A DNA stretch of 47,719 bases from Candidatus Nanohalalkaliarchaeum halalkaliphilum (GCA_022729315.1 JALDAF010000001.1:1-47719), one strand, 5' to 3'. Shown: positions 1 through 9,719, counted from the stretch's first letter. Program-made: numbers and translations. Notes: generated from the letters alone by a model not told the origin.

Positions 1-430
1 CCAGGTAGTACTGGGTGACCGGGTTGTTCCAGGCGATCGCAGATGGGTCGCCGATGATGGGGAACCACTGCAGTGTTGATCCGACCACGGCCACGAACAC
101 GCCGACCACGGCCAGCGCCTTCAGATCGATCTGCTCGAATATCCGGTCGCTGAGCGGATGCGTGGTTTTTGCGATGGTGAGGAGCAGTAAAATGGTGGTG
201 ACGCCGACACCGACAGCGGCCTCGGTCATGCCGACGTCCGGTGCCAGTAAGAGTGTATAGTATATCGCCATGCTGAGGCTGTACGCGCCGAAGATGATGA
301 TTGCTGCAAGGACATCCCGCAGCAGTGCTGTTGCTATCGCAGCGGTCAGCACGAAGATTACCAGTGTTATTTCGACCAGTGGGATGCCGTACAGCAGTGT
401 GGCTCCGTGTTCAAGGACCGTTTGTATCAC
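1..430 (-). CDS. Mrp/Mnh antiporter membrane subunit, DUF4040/MnhB-like (N-terminal part; gene runs off the left window edge)
   Basis: Not in the ORF track (GTG start, open to the edge). My translation from GTG at 430 reads VIQTVLEHGATLLYGIPLVEITLVIFVLTAAIATALLRDVLAAIIIFGAYSLSMAIYYTLLLAPDVGMTEAAVGVGVTTILLLL... It is hydrophobic, overlaps the mnhG stop by 20 nt, and sits where a DUF4040 subunit follows mnhG in archaeal mrp operons. Confidence 0.55.
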   Translation of the reverse strand, partial: MIQTVLEHGATLLYGIPLVEITLVIFVLTAAIATALLRDVLAAIIIFGAYSLSMAIYYTLLLAPDVGMTEAAVGVGVTTILLLLTIAKTTHPLSDRIFEQIDLKALAVVGVFVAVVGSTLQWFPIIGDPSAIAWNNPVTQYYL

Positions 431-767
431 CTTTCTTCTGAGTTGTTTCTGTAGTGGTGTTTGGCGTGTGACCTTCCTCCAGTGCGGCGCGGGCGATGGC
501 GTGCGCAGCGGTCGGGTTGGTGATGGAGATGAACAGGAGGAGCAGGAGGGTGAGCACGGTTTGGGAGTGCCATCCCAGTGCAAGTGCTACTGCGGCCAGT
601 GTCATGCCGGCTCCCAGCGTATCTGTTTCCGTGGCCATGTGTGACCGGGAATAGACGTCGGGAAGCCGAAGCACACCGACAGCAGAGACGAACGTGAAGA
701 ACAGGCCGCCCAGAAGCAGCCCGGTGATCAGGAGGAGTCGTGTCACTTCCAGTACACCGCCCGTCAT
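411..767 (-). CDS. mnhG: Na+/H+ antiporter Mrp/Mnh subunit G
   Basis: 118 aa with three hydrophobic helices. DVYSRSHMATETDTLGAG matches the conserved MnhG/PhaG motif. Overlapping stop/start junctions with mnhF and the downstream subunit. Confidence 0.8.
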   Translation of the reverse strand: MTGGVLEVTRLLLITGLLLGGLFFTFVSAVGVLRLPDVYSRSHMATETDTLGAGMTLAAVALALGWHSQTVLTLLLLLFISITNPTAAHAIARAALEEGHTPNTTTETTQKKGDTNGP

Positions 768-1060
768 ATGACACCACCTCGTTCCACGGTGAACTTGGAG
801 ATGGCGACAGCCATCAGGAAATTAAGCAGTGCGTATACCAGTGCGATATCGAGGAAGGAGGGTGCATCAAGCGCTACCGCCAGCAGTGCAAGGATGACGA
901 CAGTGTTTGTGCCCAGGACATTTACTGCCAGTACCCGGTCCTGCATGGTGGGTCCGATGACCGCCCGGTAGATCATGACCGTGGCAAGGATGACGAAAAC
1001 GCCGGCTGCAAGCAGGAACATGTTGGTGATCAACAGGTCCGGGGCAGGAACGGCGATCAC
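764..1060 (-). CDS. mnhF: Na+/H+ antiporter Mrp/Mnh subunit F
   Basis: 98 aa, 3 TM. RAVIGPTMQDRVLAVNVLGT matches the MnhF GP(T)xxDRxxA motif. 4-nt overlaps with mnhE and mnhG. Confidence 0.8.
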   Translation of the reverse strand: MIAVPAPDLLITNMFLLAAGVFVILATVMIYRAVIGPTMQDRVLAVNVLGTNTVVILALLAVALDAPSFLDIALVYALLNFLMAVAISKFTVERGGVI

Positions 1061-2139
1061 TCTGTGCCACCTCCCTGGGGAACCGCGGTAACCGAACGTT
1101 CCGTGTCTGGAAGGGGGAGGGTTTCGCGGAAGATGTTGCTGATCCGCTGCTCGAATCCTCCGTCATACAGGCCGTTCCGTGATTCCTGGTCCAGGGTGTG
1201 AACCAGTAGTTCACGCCCATCGATGCGGGTGGTCAGTGTTCCCGGCGTCAGTGTGATGCTGGTCGCCAGCAGTGTCAGTGGCAGGCTGCCGTCGATACGG
1301 GGTGTGATCGTGACCATGCGCGGGTCGATCGGGAGCTGCGGATGCAGTATGAGCGCGGCCACGCGGAGGTTGGCCCGTATGATTTCGGTGATCAGGAAGG
1401 GGAGGTAGGCGATGAACCGGAGGAACCTGACCGGTGTCAGCCGGGTAGGGTCGGTGGTGAACAGGAGACGCGAGAACACTGAGGCAGCAGCGAGTGCGGT
1501 GACGCCGCCGGTTGCAAGACTGTATCCGGTGACGGTTCCGGCGAGGAGGTGGTAGAACACGAAGGTGATGCCGAATGTAACGAGGAATCCGCGTATGCTG
1601 TACACGCTGGAAATCGGTGTTTGGTGGATGTTCCGGGTGATCGGTGCTTTTTCACAGGTCACGTGGGTGCAGTGCTCCAGTTCCTGTTCCAGTGGACGGA
1701 GAAGCGGCATATCGATGCCGGCGTCGAACCCAGGGTCAAGCACGATCCTGTCGATATCTTTTGCGGTGGCGGTTCCATGCAGTATCCTGGCCACATCTGA
1801 TGGGCTGAACACGTAGGAGTCCTGGCCGATGATACCGGTCCGTACCTCAACCTGTGAACCGTATTCGCCCAGCTCTTCACCCGCCCATATCCGTGCCCGG
1901 TCAAGTAGCGTCTCCTGCACCGTTAAGTTGTCGTTCCCTTTTTTGAGGGTGGGCGCTATCACTACAAAGTACAGTGTGCCACGCTGTTCCGGGGAGAGGG
2001 AGGAAACGACCTGTTTCGCGGCGTGATGAACAGTTTCCCGCATCGTTGGAGACGACGTGACAGGGACCAGTATGTTCGTGTCAGAACCTGCACCACTAGT
2101 TTTTTCTGTGTTGTTACTGGCCAGAACGTCACGTGTCAT
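1057..2139 (-). CDS. mnhE: Mrp/Mnh subunit E with an extra N-terminal soluble (USP-like) domain
   Basis: The C-terminal ~190 aa (FLITEIIRANLRVAALILHPQLPIDPRMVTI...TLLATSITLTPGTLT) is an MnhE/PhaE domain. The N-terminal ~170 aa (NILVPVTSSPTMRETVHHAAKQ...IDRIVLDPGF) looks like a universal-stress-protein-type alpha/beta domain. Confidence 0.75.
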   Translation of the reverse strand: MTRDVLASNNTEKTSGAGSDTNILVPVTSSPTMRETVHHAAKQVVSSLSPEQRGTLYFVVIAPTLKKGNDNLTVQETLLDRARIWAGEELGEYGSQVEVRTGIIGQDSYVFSPSDVARILHGTATAKDIDRIVLDPGFDAGIDMPLLRPLEQELEHCTHVTCEKAPITRNIHQTPISSVYSIRGFLVTFGITFVFYHLLAGTVTGYSLATGGVTALAAASVFSRLLFTTDPTRLTPVRFLRFIAYLPFLITEIIRANLRVAALILHPQLPIDPRMVTITPRIDGSLPLTLLATSITLTPGTLTTRIDGRELLVHTLDQESRNGLYDGGFEQRISNIFRETLPLPDTERSVTAVPQGGGTE

Positions 2140-2317
2140 AAAGCTGAGAAGGAGTGGAACTGAAACTTTTTGAATACTTACAGTGGATTGAAAGTAGTAT
2201 CATCACCAGATATTGCTGGAATCATCCTGTAATCGTTGTGAACGCAGGGTAATAACGGGATAGGCGGCCTATACATATAAAAACGGGCGTTCACATAGTT
2301 GTACCGGTGATTACCTT

Positions 2318-2485
2318 ATGGCCAAAGTACTGAAGAAGTCTGGCGTCCGTGAAGCAGCCGACGACGTTAACGTTGGTGCTGACTTCTACAAGCGACTCGA
2401 CAAGCGTGTACAGGATCTTGTGAAGCGTGCTGTCGACCGTGCGAAGGAGAATGGACGGAAGACTGTCAAGGCACGAGACGTGTAA
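2318..2485 (+). CDS. Small histone-fold-like protein (DUF1931 family)
   Basis: 55-aa ORF below the track cutoff: MAKVLKKSGVREAADDVNVGADFYKRLDKRVQDLVKRAVDRAKENGRKTVKARDV. The pattern (V.EA..D.NV..DFY..LD..V..L...A..RA..N.RKTV..RD) matches archaeal DUF1931 proteins as I remember them. GGTGA lies 8 nt upstream and a TATA-like ATACATATAAAAA about 40 nt upstream. Confidence 0.65.
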   Translation: MAKVLKKSGVREAADDVNVGADFYKRLDKRVQDLVKRAVDRAKENGRKTVKARDV

Positions 2486-2503
2486 TCGATACGCGTACAA
2501 CCC

Positions 2504-2540
2504 CGGGGATGGTTCCCCGTTGTTTCTTTTTTCTTTTCTT
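2504..2540 (+). terminator. Hairpin plus T-rich tract
   Basis: CGGGGA-TGGT-TCCCCG (6-bp stem, 2504-2519) followed by TTGTTTCTTTTTTCTTTTCTT. Lies between two convergent genes. Confidence 0.4.
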
Positions 2541-2550
2541 CCCTGCTCAT

Positions 2551-3045
2551 TTACCGCATATGGCTCCGTATTTCCTCTATATGGCCCCATGCCCTGCTTT
2601 TCTCCGGTTCTCCGTCCTCTGAGTTGTGGTTCTCGATATCCGGGAGGAATGAGCCGTGCAGCGATTCATGGCGCAGTACTGCAACGAGATACGCCGTGTA
2701 TCCCACGATCAGTAGAACCGGCTGTATCAGTAGCCAGGCGAGTCCAGCGATAGCCGCGATCCCGATCTCTGTCCGTGTTTCAAACAGGAGGGAGGGCTGG
2801 TATTTCTGCCGGTAAACGTATACGAGGGCCACCATCCATGCGTTGAGGACGTAATACAGGTGAAAGTTGTTCAGAGGGTCAAAAAAGCTGTGATACCTGC
2901 CGTATCCCTGCAGAAAGGTTACAACGATGCCTGCTGTCATGAAGAATGCGAGCGGTACGCCACCGTACTCTATCAGTGCACGACCCACCTTCTCCCAGTC
3001 CCAGTCACGGTCTTTTAATCGGGATACGACGTGTTTCGGAGGCAT
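2551..3045 (-). CDS. Hypothetical integral membrane protein
   Basis: 164 aa with about four hydrophobic helices and an acidic C-terminal tail. No family recognised. Confidence 0.6.
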   Translation of the reverse strand: MPPKHVVSRLKDRDWDWEKVGRALIEYGGVPLAFFMTAGIVVTFLQGYGRYHSFFDPLNNFHLYYVLNAWMVALVYVYRQKYQPSLLFETRTEIGIAAIAGLAWLLIQPVLLIVGYTAYLVAVLRHESLHGSFLPDIENHNSEDGEPEKSRAWGHIEEIRSHMR

Positions 3046-3139
3046 CGGTACAGGCTACAACCACGTTTGACCGGTCTATAATAAGTATGTTTGGGAAATA
3101 CCGTTTCGCCGAACCGCAGTGAAGGTGGATACAGTAGTT

Positions 3140-3934
3140 TCAGGCATTGGAATCAGTTTCACGTGTTCCCGTGAGTGAAACGTTTACAGCAGCACCGGAG
3201 ATCAAAACGAATATACCGAGGTATAGCCACGTCAGGAACAGGAGTAGCCCACCGAACAGTTCATACACCGTGGTGGAGAAGTACTGGACGTAGATGCTGT
3301 ACAGTGACTGGAGGACGGTCCATCCCCCTGCCGCCAGCAGAGAACCTGGGAGGGTTGAGGATAGGCTGTATTCTGGGCCTGAAAGGACGTAGTACAGTGA
3401 GAGGAAGATGCCGGTCAATGCGATGAACTGTGTAATGGTTCCAACCTGTCCAGGAAAGAGTAGGGCAGGGTATACAGATAGTCGGGTGGCGAATACCGCG
3501 GTCAGTCCAACGGCAACTCCTCCCATCGCTACGAGAACGGTATACGTGGTGACCTTCTCAGTTACGGTTTCTGCGGGGGTATGGCCGTAAATATCCGAGA
3601 TCGCTACATCTATCCCGTTCAGCATCCGGTATACGCTCCAGACGAGGAATGCGGCACCGAACACGGTGACACCGCTCCGGCCTTCCGTAGCCGTGAGGAT
3701 GTCTGATACTACGGCGTATCCTTCCGGTGCCAACCAGTCTTCTGCTGTCATTAACAGGTTCTGTGCGACTGCCTCTCCACCGATAAAGGTGAGAACGATA
3801 AATCCGAGTATGACTGCAGGTACCAGTGCAGCCAGTGTGTAGTACGCGATCCCGGCTGCTGCCAGGGGTGTCCGGTTCCGTCGCAGCACACGAACGATGT
3901 CACGTACTACGGTAACCGCCCGTTCACGGTCCAT
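3140..3934 (-). CDS. YihY/BrkB (ribonuclease BN-like) family membrane protein
   Basis: Start trimmed to MDRERAVTVV. The AAAGIAYYTLAALVPAVIL...TEGRSGVTVFGAAFLVWSVYRMLNGIDVAISDIYG pattern is typical of YihY. Tandem paralogue of the next gene. Confidence 0.75.
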   Translation of the reverse strand: MDRERAVTVVRDIVRVLRRNRTPLAAAGIAYYTLAALVPAVILGFIVLTFIGGEAVAQNLLMTAEDWLAPEGYAVVSDILTATEGRSGVTVFGAAFLVWSVYRMLNGIDVAISDIYGHTPAETVTEKVTTYTVLVAMGGVAVGLTAVFATRLSVYPALLFPGQVGTITQFIALTGIFLSLYYVLSGPEYSLSSTLPGSLLAAGGWTVLQSLYSIYVQYFSTTVYELFGGLLLFLTWLYLGIFVLISGAAVNVSLTGTRETDSNA

Positions 3935-3983
3935 GGAGTAGAAAACGAACCCTGAACTTAAAAAGCGGGAGGATGTTCCGTGG

Positions 3984-4823
3984 CTAGGCTGGAGCGGACG
4001 TTGTTTCACCGCCCAGGATAGCGTCCGGATCAGGATGCCTGTAAACCGTGTTCACAGCCATACCAAACAGCAGCAGACTGGTTGACAGGTACAGCCAGAT
4101 AATAAACAGCAGCAGTCCACCAAACAGATCATAGACCGGGGTGCCGATCACCTGCATCTTCATCGAGATATACGCGCCGAATAATAGTTGCATTCCCATC
4201 CATCCGCTTGCTGCCGTGATGGCCCCAGGTAAGAGGTCGCCTAACCGGTGGTTACGGTAGGAGAATCGATAGTACAGCGTCAAAAATACTGCATTCAACA
4301 GGAGGAACTGACTGAGAACACTGAGGCCTGTTGTGAACTGTCTGCCAAGAATCATGGCCAGCATCCCTTCTATAGCAGCGAGTATAACAGCTGCACCCAG
4401 GATCATGATCAACACGGTAACGATATCTTTCATGAGTCCCGGAACAGTAGACTGGTACGGTTCACCCTGTATACGAGCCATCGCGATATCGATACTGTGG
4501 AACATCTCGTACAGTACCCAGACCAGGAACAGAACGCTGAGAAGCGTTGCACTGCTCCGGCCTGCGGTCTCCATCAGTATTTCCTCCATGACCGAATACC
4601 CGGCAGGCGTCAGAAACCCTTCCGCCTCTATCAAAAGATACTCGGCCAACGCAGCACCGCCAAACACGCTAAGACCGATGAATAACAGCATCGCGAGCGG
4701 GATCAATGAGATAAGAAGATAATAGGTGATCCCGGCAGCACCGAACGTCAACTGGGTCCGGTACGACAGCTTTACCGCATCACGGAGAACACGCCCCGAT
4801 CGTCGAAACAACTCCATAAACAT
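3984..4823 (-). CDS. YihY/BrkB family membrane protein (paralogue)
   Basis: 279 aa. GAAGITYYLLISLIPLAMLL...TAGRSSATLLSVLFLVWVLYEMFHSIDIAMARIQG is colinear with the 3140-3934 product. Confidence 0.75.
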   Translation of the reverse strand: MFMELFRRSGRVLRDAVKLSYRTQLTFGAAGITYYLLISLIPLAMLLFIGLSVFGGAALAEYLLIEAEGFLTPAGYSVMEEILMETAGRSSATLLSVLFLVWVLYEMFHSIDIAMARIQGEPYQSTVPGLMKDIVTVLIMILGAAVILAAIEGMLAMILGRQFTTGLSVLSQFLLLNAVFLTLYYRFSYRNHRLGDLLPGAITAASGWMGMQLLFGAYISMKMQVIGTPVYDLFGGLLLFIIWLYLSTSLLLFGMAVNTVYRHPDPDAILGGETTSAPA

Positions 4824-4907
4824 GTATTACCGCCACGACATAAAAAATAACAGGGAACAATCAGAACTACTGTTCGTAAACACGGAAAAAAGGAGAGGAA
4901 CACGAGG

Positions 4908-5081
4908 TTAGACGACCTGCAGATGGTCGGTACGTAGTTCCTCTTCCGTAAAATCTTTTCCATGGACCTCTTCCATATGCTGCTGGGCCAGTGAAACAGC
5001 TTCATCCTCATTCTCGGACTGGATGATAAATCTGCAGCCTGATGCAGCAGCCTCACAGTCAAGCCGATGAGCCTCTGCCAT
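4908..5081 (-). CDS. Small DUF1059-like (putative metal-binding) protein
   Basis: 57-aa ORF below the track cutoff: MAEAHRLDCEAAASGCRFIIQSENEDEAVSLAQQHMEEVHGKDFTEEELRTDHLQVV. GAGGTGA Shine-Dalgarno 9 nt upstream. The C..GC...ee...H....H layout resembles DUF1059. Preferred over the overlapping 96-aa ORF 4772-5062. Confidence 0.55.
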   Translation of the reverse strand: MAEAHRLDCEAAASGCRFIIQSENEDEAVSLAQQHMEEVHGKDFTEEELRTDHLQVV

Positions 5082-5273
5082 TGGTTTATATCACCTCACA
5101 ACACCCCGGACATGGAATGTATTTAACCGTACAGGATACCTCCAGCACGACAACCCGTGTAAGCAGTACCACACTTGTCCAAACCGTGGCATATCGAAGA
5201 CCATGAACATCCCTTGAACCCTTCCCGATCCGCCCGGCTCGTTCCCTCCCCGACCGTATAGCCGAATATTTCT

Positions 5274-5286
5274 CAAAGAAAAAACC
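5274..5286 (-). terminator. Oligo-T tract downstream of atpD (candidate operon terminator)
   Basis: The minus strand reads GGTTTTTTCTTTG about 50 nt after the atpD stop. Archaeal terminators are typically oligo-T runs. Confidence 0.35.
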
Positions 5287-5335
5287 GTGGTAGGCCGGAC
5301 CCATCAGCTGGCCTGAAAGGCTCGTATCCTCCGCG

Positions 5336-6070
5336 TTAATGTGTCTGTGACTGGTGGATGCTGCGGCCTCGCTTCGAATCGAATGACCGGCCGCACTCCT
5401 CACATACGAATTCGTCTTCGGATCCCACGCCGCTGGATTGTTCCGCTTCCTCGTTCTTTTCCTTGATCTTTTTCATGCGGAACGTTTCCTCGCGCTCGTT
5501 CTCCTCCAGGTACTGAGACACGTAGTCAAGATCCTTCTTCGTCTCCGGTATCACCCGGTTCTCCAGTGCATTCACCCGGCGCTTCGTGGAATCGATCTCA
5601 TCAAGCAGCTTCATCAACGCGGTCTCGATCTCTGCGGCCTCGATCACTTTCTGGATCAACTGCTCATACGCAGACACCGTTTCGTCGATCGCCGGTGTTC
5701 CGGACAGCAATCCGTATCCGTGTTCACCAAGTTCCCGCTCCTCATGCTCAGACGTGATACGCGGCACCAGGACGCCCATGATGTTCCGACTCTCCACCTC
5801 GACCTCGGGTTCGTGTTCGGTCGCCATCGCCACGGACCGTAACCTGTCCACGCCCTCGATGGCTTTCGCCTCCTTCAATTTCCGCTGCGCATCCATGAAC
5901 TGGTTGGATACCTCACTCTTCGTATCCTTCGCCTCCTCCACCAGGTCCATGAACTCGTGGATCAGCGAATCCCGCTTCTTCTCAAGAATCGAGTGCCCGG
6001 ACTCCGCCAGTTCGATCTGCTCCTTCAACCGCAGTTCCTCGGCTCTTGTCGGCTTCACGTCCTTGGACAT
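5336..6070 (-). CDS. atpD: A-type ATP synthase subunit D with a C-terminal C2H2 zinc-finger extension
   Basis: MSKDVKPTRAEELRLKEQIELAESGHSILEKKRDSLIHEF... is a typical V/A-ATPase D coiled coil. Last gene of the atp operon. The tail is FVCEECGRSFDSKRGRSIHQSQTH. Confidence 0.9.
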   Translation of the reverse strand: MSKDVKPTRAEELRLKEQIELAESGHSILEKKRDSLIHEFMDLVEEAKDTKSEVSNQFMDAQRKLKEAKAIEGVDRLRSVAMATEHEPEVEVESRNIMGVLVPRITSEHEERELGEHGYGLLSGTPAIDETVSAYEQLIQKVIEAAEIETALMKLLDEIDSTKRRVNALENRVIPETKKDLDYVSQYLEENEREETFRMKKIKEKNEEAEQSSGVGSEDEFVCEECGRSFDSKRGRSIHQSQTH

Positions 6071-6097
6071 AAGGTCACCAGATGGATGAGTGACAGA

Positions 6098-7498
6098 TCA
6101 GTTCTGCCGGTCTTCGTAGTGTTCGTCCAGTGTTTCCGGGTCGATCCGGTTCAGTATTTCACGCGGCAGTGCACTGATAAGATCCCATCCGAGTTCCATG
6201 GTTTCTTCGATCGTCCGGTTCTCGTCTGATCCCTGCTGCACGAACCGTTTCTCGTATGCATCGGAGAAGTCCAGCACCTGCTGGTCGCTTTCTGACAGGG
6301 CGTCTTCTCCCACGATCTGCACCAGCTCACGGAGGGACACACCTTCCGCGTAGTCGGCGAACAGCTGGTCCTTCAGTTCGCTGTGGTCTTCACGGGTCTT
6401 TCCTTCACCGATACCGGCGTCCATCAGCCGTGAAAGGCTCTGAAGCACGTTAATCGGTGGGTAGATGCCCTTGTTGTGCAGGTCACGGTCCAGTACGATC
6501 TGGCCCTCGGTGATGTATCCGGTCAGGTCCGGGATCGGGTGGGTCATGTCGTCACCGACCATGGTCAGGATCGGGACCTGTGTGATGCTGCCTTCCTCAC
6601 CCTCGATTTGCCCGGCACGCTCGTAGATGTTCGCCAGGTCTGTATACATGTATCCCGGGTATCCGCGGCGTCCCGGTACTTCTTCACGGGCGGCAGCGAT
6701 CTCACGTAGCGAGTTACAGTAGTTTGTCATATCGGTCAGGATGACCAGTACGTGCATCCCCTTATCAAACGCCAGGTATTCTGCCGTGGTCAACGCCATG
6801 CGTGGCGTCACGATACGCTCGGCTGCCGGGTCATCCGCCAGGTTCAGGAACACCACGGACCGTTCCAGTGCCCCGGTCTCCTCAAGGTCACGCATGAACT
6901 CTGTTGCGTCGTCCTGGGTGATACCCATACCGGCGAACACGACCGCGAACTCCTCGTCCTGTCCGACAACGTCAGCCTGCCGTGCGATCTGGAGCGCAAT
7001 CTCGTTGTGCGGCAGTCCGGAGCCGGAGAAGATCGGCAGTTTCTGTCCACGCACCAGCGTGTTCATCGCGTCGATCGAGGAGATCCCGGTCTGGATAAAG
7101 TCTTCCGGCAGTTCCCGGCTGTACGGGTTGATCGCTTCACCGACGATATCCCGCTCCTCTTCCGGTATGATCTCGGGGCCGTCGTCGATCGGGTCTCCAC
7201 GACCGCTCAGCACACGCCCCAGCAGGTCCTCGGTCAACGGCATTTTCACGTTCTCCTTCAGGAACTTGACGGTTGCATCACGTCCCAGTCCTCGGGTCTC
7301 CTCATAGATCTGAACGACAACCATGTCCTTCGCCGTGTCAAGTACTTCACCTCGCCGCTTTTCGCCATCCGGTGTTTCGATCTCCACGATGTCTCCGTAC
7401 GCGACAGGTTCCGTCTCCTCTACAAACATCAGAGGACCTTTGATCTCCTGAACCGTCTTGTACTCTGCCTGTGCTGCCGTTTCTGTGTTATCTGCCAT
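6098..7498 (-). CDS. atpB: A-type ATP synthase subunit B
   Basis: 466 aa. [46 protein letters not shown] and [23 protein letters not shown] are hallmark non-catalytic B-subunit blocks. Confidence 0.95.
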   Translation of the reverse strand: MADNTETAAQAEYKTVQEIKGPLMFVEETEPVAYGDIVEIETPDGEKRRGEVLDTAKDMVVVQIYEETRGLGRDATVKFLKENVKMPLTEDLLGRVLSGRGDPIDDGPEIIPEEERDIVGEAINPYSRELPEDFIQTGISSIDAMNTLVRGQKLPIFSGSGLPHNEIALQIARQADVVGQDEEFAVVFAGMGITQDDATEFMRDLEETGALERSVVFLNLADDPAAERIVTPRMALTTAEYLAFDKGMHVLVILTDMTNYCNSLREIAAAREEVPGRRGYPGYMYTDLANIYERAGQIEGEEGSITQVPILTMVGDDMTHPIPDLTGYITEGQIVLDRDLHNKGIYPPINVLQSLSRLMDAGIGEGKTREDHSELKDQLFADYAEGVSLRELVQIVGEDALSESDQQVLDFSDAYEKRFVQQGSDENRTIEETMELGWDLISALPREILNRIDPETLDEHYEDRQN

Positions 7499-7931
7499 CA
7501 GGATTCACCTGGTATCCATCAGTCAGCTGTTCCGCATCTAGATTTCCTCGCTTCACGCTTACAGCTCCGGTGTGTTTCTCATGCAGTGCATCCAAATGTG
7601 TGTGGAAGCTGTCCATGTACTCCCTCGTCTCTTCCAGTGTCAGGTTGTTGTTCTCGTGGAGGATGGCTGCGTTCTGTTCGATTTCCTGTGCAAGCCGGTA
7701 CGCCTGCTCGTCTTCACCGTCTGCAAGCATGTTGAACAGTCGGTCCGCATACACTGGGCCGCCGGAACGCACTGCCTCTGCACCCATGTGCAGCAGGTTG
7801 TCCAGCGGATTGTCATCGTAGAACTCGCCATCCGACCAGTCACTGACGTGGTCAGCCAGCGTATAGTCGTTGAGATCCGTTGTGGTCGGATCCGTGTGAT
7901 AAAGTGGAGTAGCTCCATCGTCTTGCATCAT
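7488..7931 (-). CDS. Hypothetical acidic protein encoded between atpA and atpB
   Basis: 147-aa ORF. Its ATG overlaps the atpA TGA (ATGA at 7928-7931). Its last 11 nt overlap the atpB start, and the atpB AGGTGA Shine-Dalgarno lies inside it. Composition is acidic like the neighbouring genes. No motif recognised. Confidence 0.6.
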   Translation of the reverse strand: MMQDDGATPLYHTDPTTTDLNDYTLADHVSDWSDGEFYDDNPLDNLLHMGAEAVRSGGPVYADRLFNMLADGEDEQAYRLAQEIEQNAAILHENNNLTLEETREYMDSFHTHLDALHEKHTGAVSVKRGNLDAEQLTDGYQVNPDGR

Positions 7932-9688
7932 GCTTCCACCTCCTGTGTGGGAGCGGTTGCTGCCTGGAAGTCGTCCTCCATCTGGCTGCGGATGTCGCTG
8001 ATGAGTTCCTCGTAGTTTTCCTCGAACTTGATGTTGGAGATCATGTGCTTGGATTCTACATCCATCACTTCTTCCAGAGTTGCTCCTGCTTCCATGGATT
8101 GTTCCGCCATGTCTCCGAAGTCGAGCACGACCTTGAGGATGTCCATCGTTTTCTCCGGTGAGCAGAACGTGTCGATGTCGTGGAACGCGTTCTGCTGGAG
8201 GAAGTGCTCCTTCACCATCCGTGCGGTTTCAAGGGTGAGCTGCTGCCGTTCCGGCAGTGCGTCCTTCCCGACGAGCTGCACGGTTTCCTGTAATCGCTCA
8301 TCTTCCTGCAGCAGGTCTTTGACCTCGCGGATGCGGCCTGTCCATTCACCGTCGACCTCGTCCTCGAACCAGTCGCCGAGCATGTTGCCGTACTCTGAAT
8401 ACGAGTCGATCCAGGAGATGGCTGGGAAATGCCGTTTCTGTGCCAGGTCCTTGTCCAGCGCCCAGAACGTCTTGATCACACGCAGCGTGTTCTGTGTGAC
8501 CGGTTCCGTGAAGTCGCCGCCCGGCGGTGAAACCGCGCCGATGACGGATACGGAGCCCGGATTGTCCACGCCGAGTGGTGTGGCGCGTCCGGCCCGCTCA
8601 TAGAATTGTGCAAGCCGCGATGCCAGGTATGCCGGGTATCCTCGTTCGCCAGGCATCTCCTCGAGTCGTGAGGAGATCTCTCGCATGGCTTCTGCCCACC
8701 GGGAGGTGGAGTCTGCCATGAGTGCGACCTGGTATCCCTGGTCGCGGTAGTATTCTGCGATGGTGATGCCCGTATAAATCGATGCTTCCCGTGCTGCTAC
8801 CGGCATGTTGGATGTGTTCGCGATGAGCACGGTGCGTTCCATCAGTTTCTTGCCTTCGCTCCACGGGTCCTCCAGTTCGGGGACCTCGTCCAGAACCTCT
8901 GTCATCTCGTTGCCGCGCTCCCCACACCCGATGTATACGATGATATCGGCGTCGCTCCACTTGGCGAGCTGCTGCTGTGTCACCGTCTTCCCGGTTCCGA
9001 ATCCACCAGGGATCGCTGCGACACCGCCTTTCGCCAGTGGGAACAGAGCGTCCAGGATGCGCTGTCCGGTGATCAGTGGGACCTCCGGGTTCAGCTTCTC
9101 CATGACCTCGCGCGCCTCCCGGATCGGCCATTCATGCATAAGGGATAGTTCTGTACCATCCTCCAGTATGGCCACGGTTTCATCGACCGTGAATTCTCCT
9201 TCCTCGATACTGTCGATGGTGCCTGATCTGTTCGGTGGGACGAGGATACGGTGTGTGCGTCCCTTTTCCTCTACCGTGCCCAGTACGTCACCTTTCGTGA
9301 CCTCGTCGCCTTCCTCGACTTCTGCGACGAACACCCATTCCTTGTCACGGCTGACGCCTGGTGCGTCGACTCCTCGGCTGATGAATGCGCCGCTCTCCTC
9401 TTCGAGGTCGACGAGCGGTCGCTGCAGTCCGTCGTAGATCGAGGACAGCAGTCCAGGGCCGAGTTCAACGGACAGGGGCTGTCCAGTATTCTCTACAGGT
9501 TCTCCAGGTTTGACGCCGGTCGTGTCCTCGTAGACCTGGATCGAGGTCTTGTTCCCCTCGATCTCGATCACTTCGCCCATCAATCGTTCGTTTCCGACGC
9601 GTACAACATCATACATCTGTGCATCGAGGTCTTCCGCAATCACAACGGGTCCTGATACACGGTAGATTTCTCCTTGTCCGTCTGCCAT
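7928..9688 (-). CDS. atpA: A-type ATP synthase catalytic subunit A
   Basis: 586 aa. P-loop [17 protein letters not shown], then [31 protein letters not shown] and [15 protein letters not shown]. The length argues against an intein. Confidence 0.95.
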   Translation of the reverse strand: MADGQGEIYRVSGPVVIAEDLDAQMYDVVRVGNERLMGEVIEIEGNKTSIQVYEDTTGVKPGEPVENTGQPLSVELGPGLLSSIYDGLQRPLVDLEEESGAFISRGVDAPGVSRDKEWVFVAEVEEGDEVTKGDVLGTVEEKGRTHRILVPPNRSGTIDSIEEGEFTVDETVAILEDGTELSLMHEWPIREAREVMEKLNPEVPLITGQRILDALFPLAKGGVAAIPGGFGTGKTVTQQQLAKWSDADIIVYIGCGERGNEMTEVLDEVPELEDPWSEGKKLMERTVLIANTSNMPVAAREASIYTGITIAEYYRDQGYQVALMADSTSRWAEAMREISSRLEEMPGERGYPAYLASRLAQFYERAGRATPLGVDNPGSVSVIGAVSPPGGDFTEPVTQNTLRVIKTFWALDKDLAQKRHFPAISWIDSYSEYGNMLGDWFEDEVDGEWTGRIREVKDLLQEDERLQETVQLVGKDALPERQQLTLETARMVKEHFLQQNAFHDIDTFCSPEKTMDILKVVLDFGDMAEQSMEAGATLEEVMDVESKHMISNIKFEENYEELISDIRSQMEDDFQAATAPTQEVEA

Positions 9689-9719
9689 CGTCTCATGTCA
9701 CCTTTTTTTTGTTCTGTAC

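Noticed and set aside
4772-5062. 96-aa minus-strand ORF between the YihY gene and atpD.
   Set aside because: It overlaps, in another frame, the 57-aa DUF1059-like ORF (4908-5081). That ORF has a Shine-Dalgarno site, acidic composition and a recognisable motif. The 96-aa product is Cys/Arg/Phe-rich and implausible.
6752-7735. Long antisense ORFs opposite conserved genes: 327 aa opposite atpB, 228 aa at 15784-16470 opposite the helicase, 254 aa at 29639-30403 opposite mutY, and 192 aa at 38876-39454 opposite the GTPase.
   Set aside because: Their products are Arg/Pro/His/Cys-rich and non-acidic, unlike every recognisable protein in the window. They lie fully inside strongly supported genes. 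Such shadow ORFs are expected in moderately GC-rich coding DNA.
7928-9688. A possible intein in atpA, since VMA-type inteins occur in some archaeal A subunits.
   Set aside because: The protein is 586 aa with contiguous conserved blocks around the P-loop. There is no extra 150-450-aa insertion and no Cys/Ser-...-HN splice junction.
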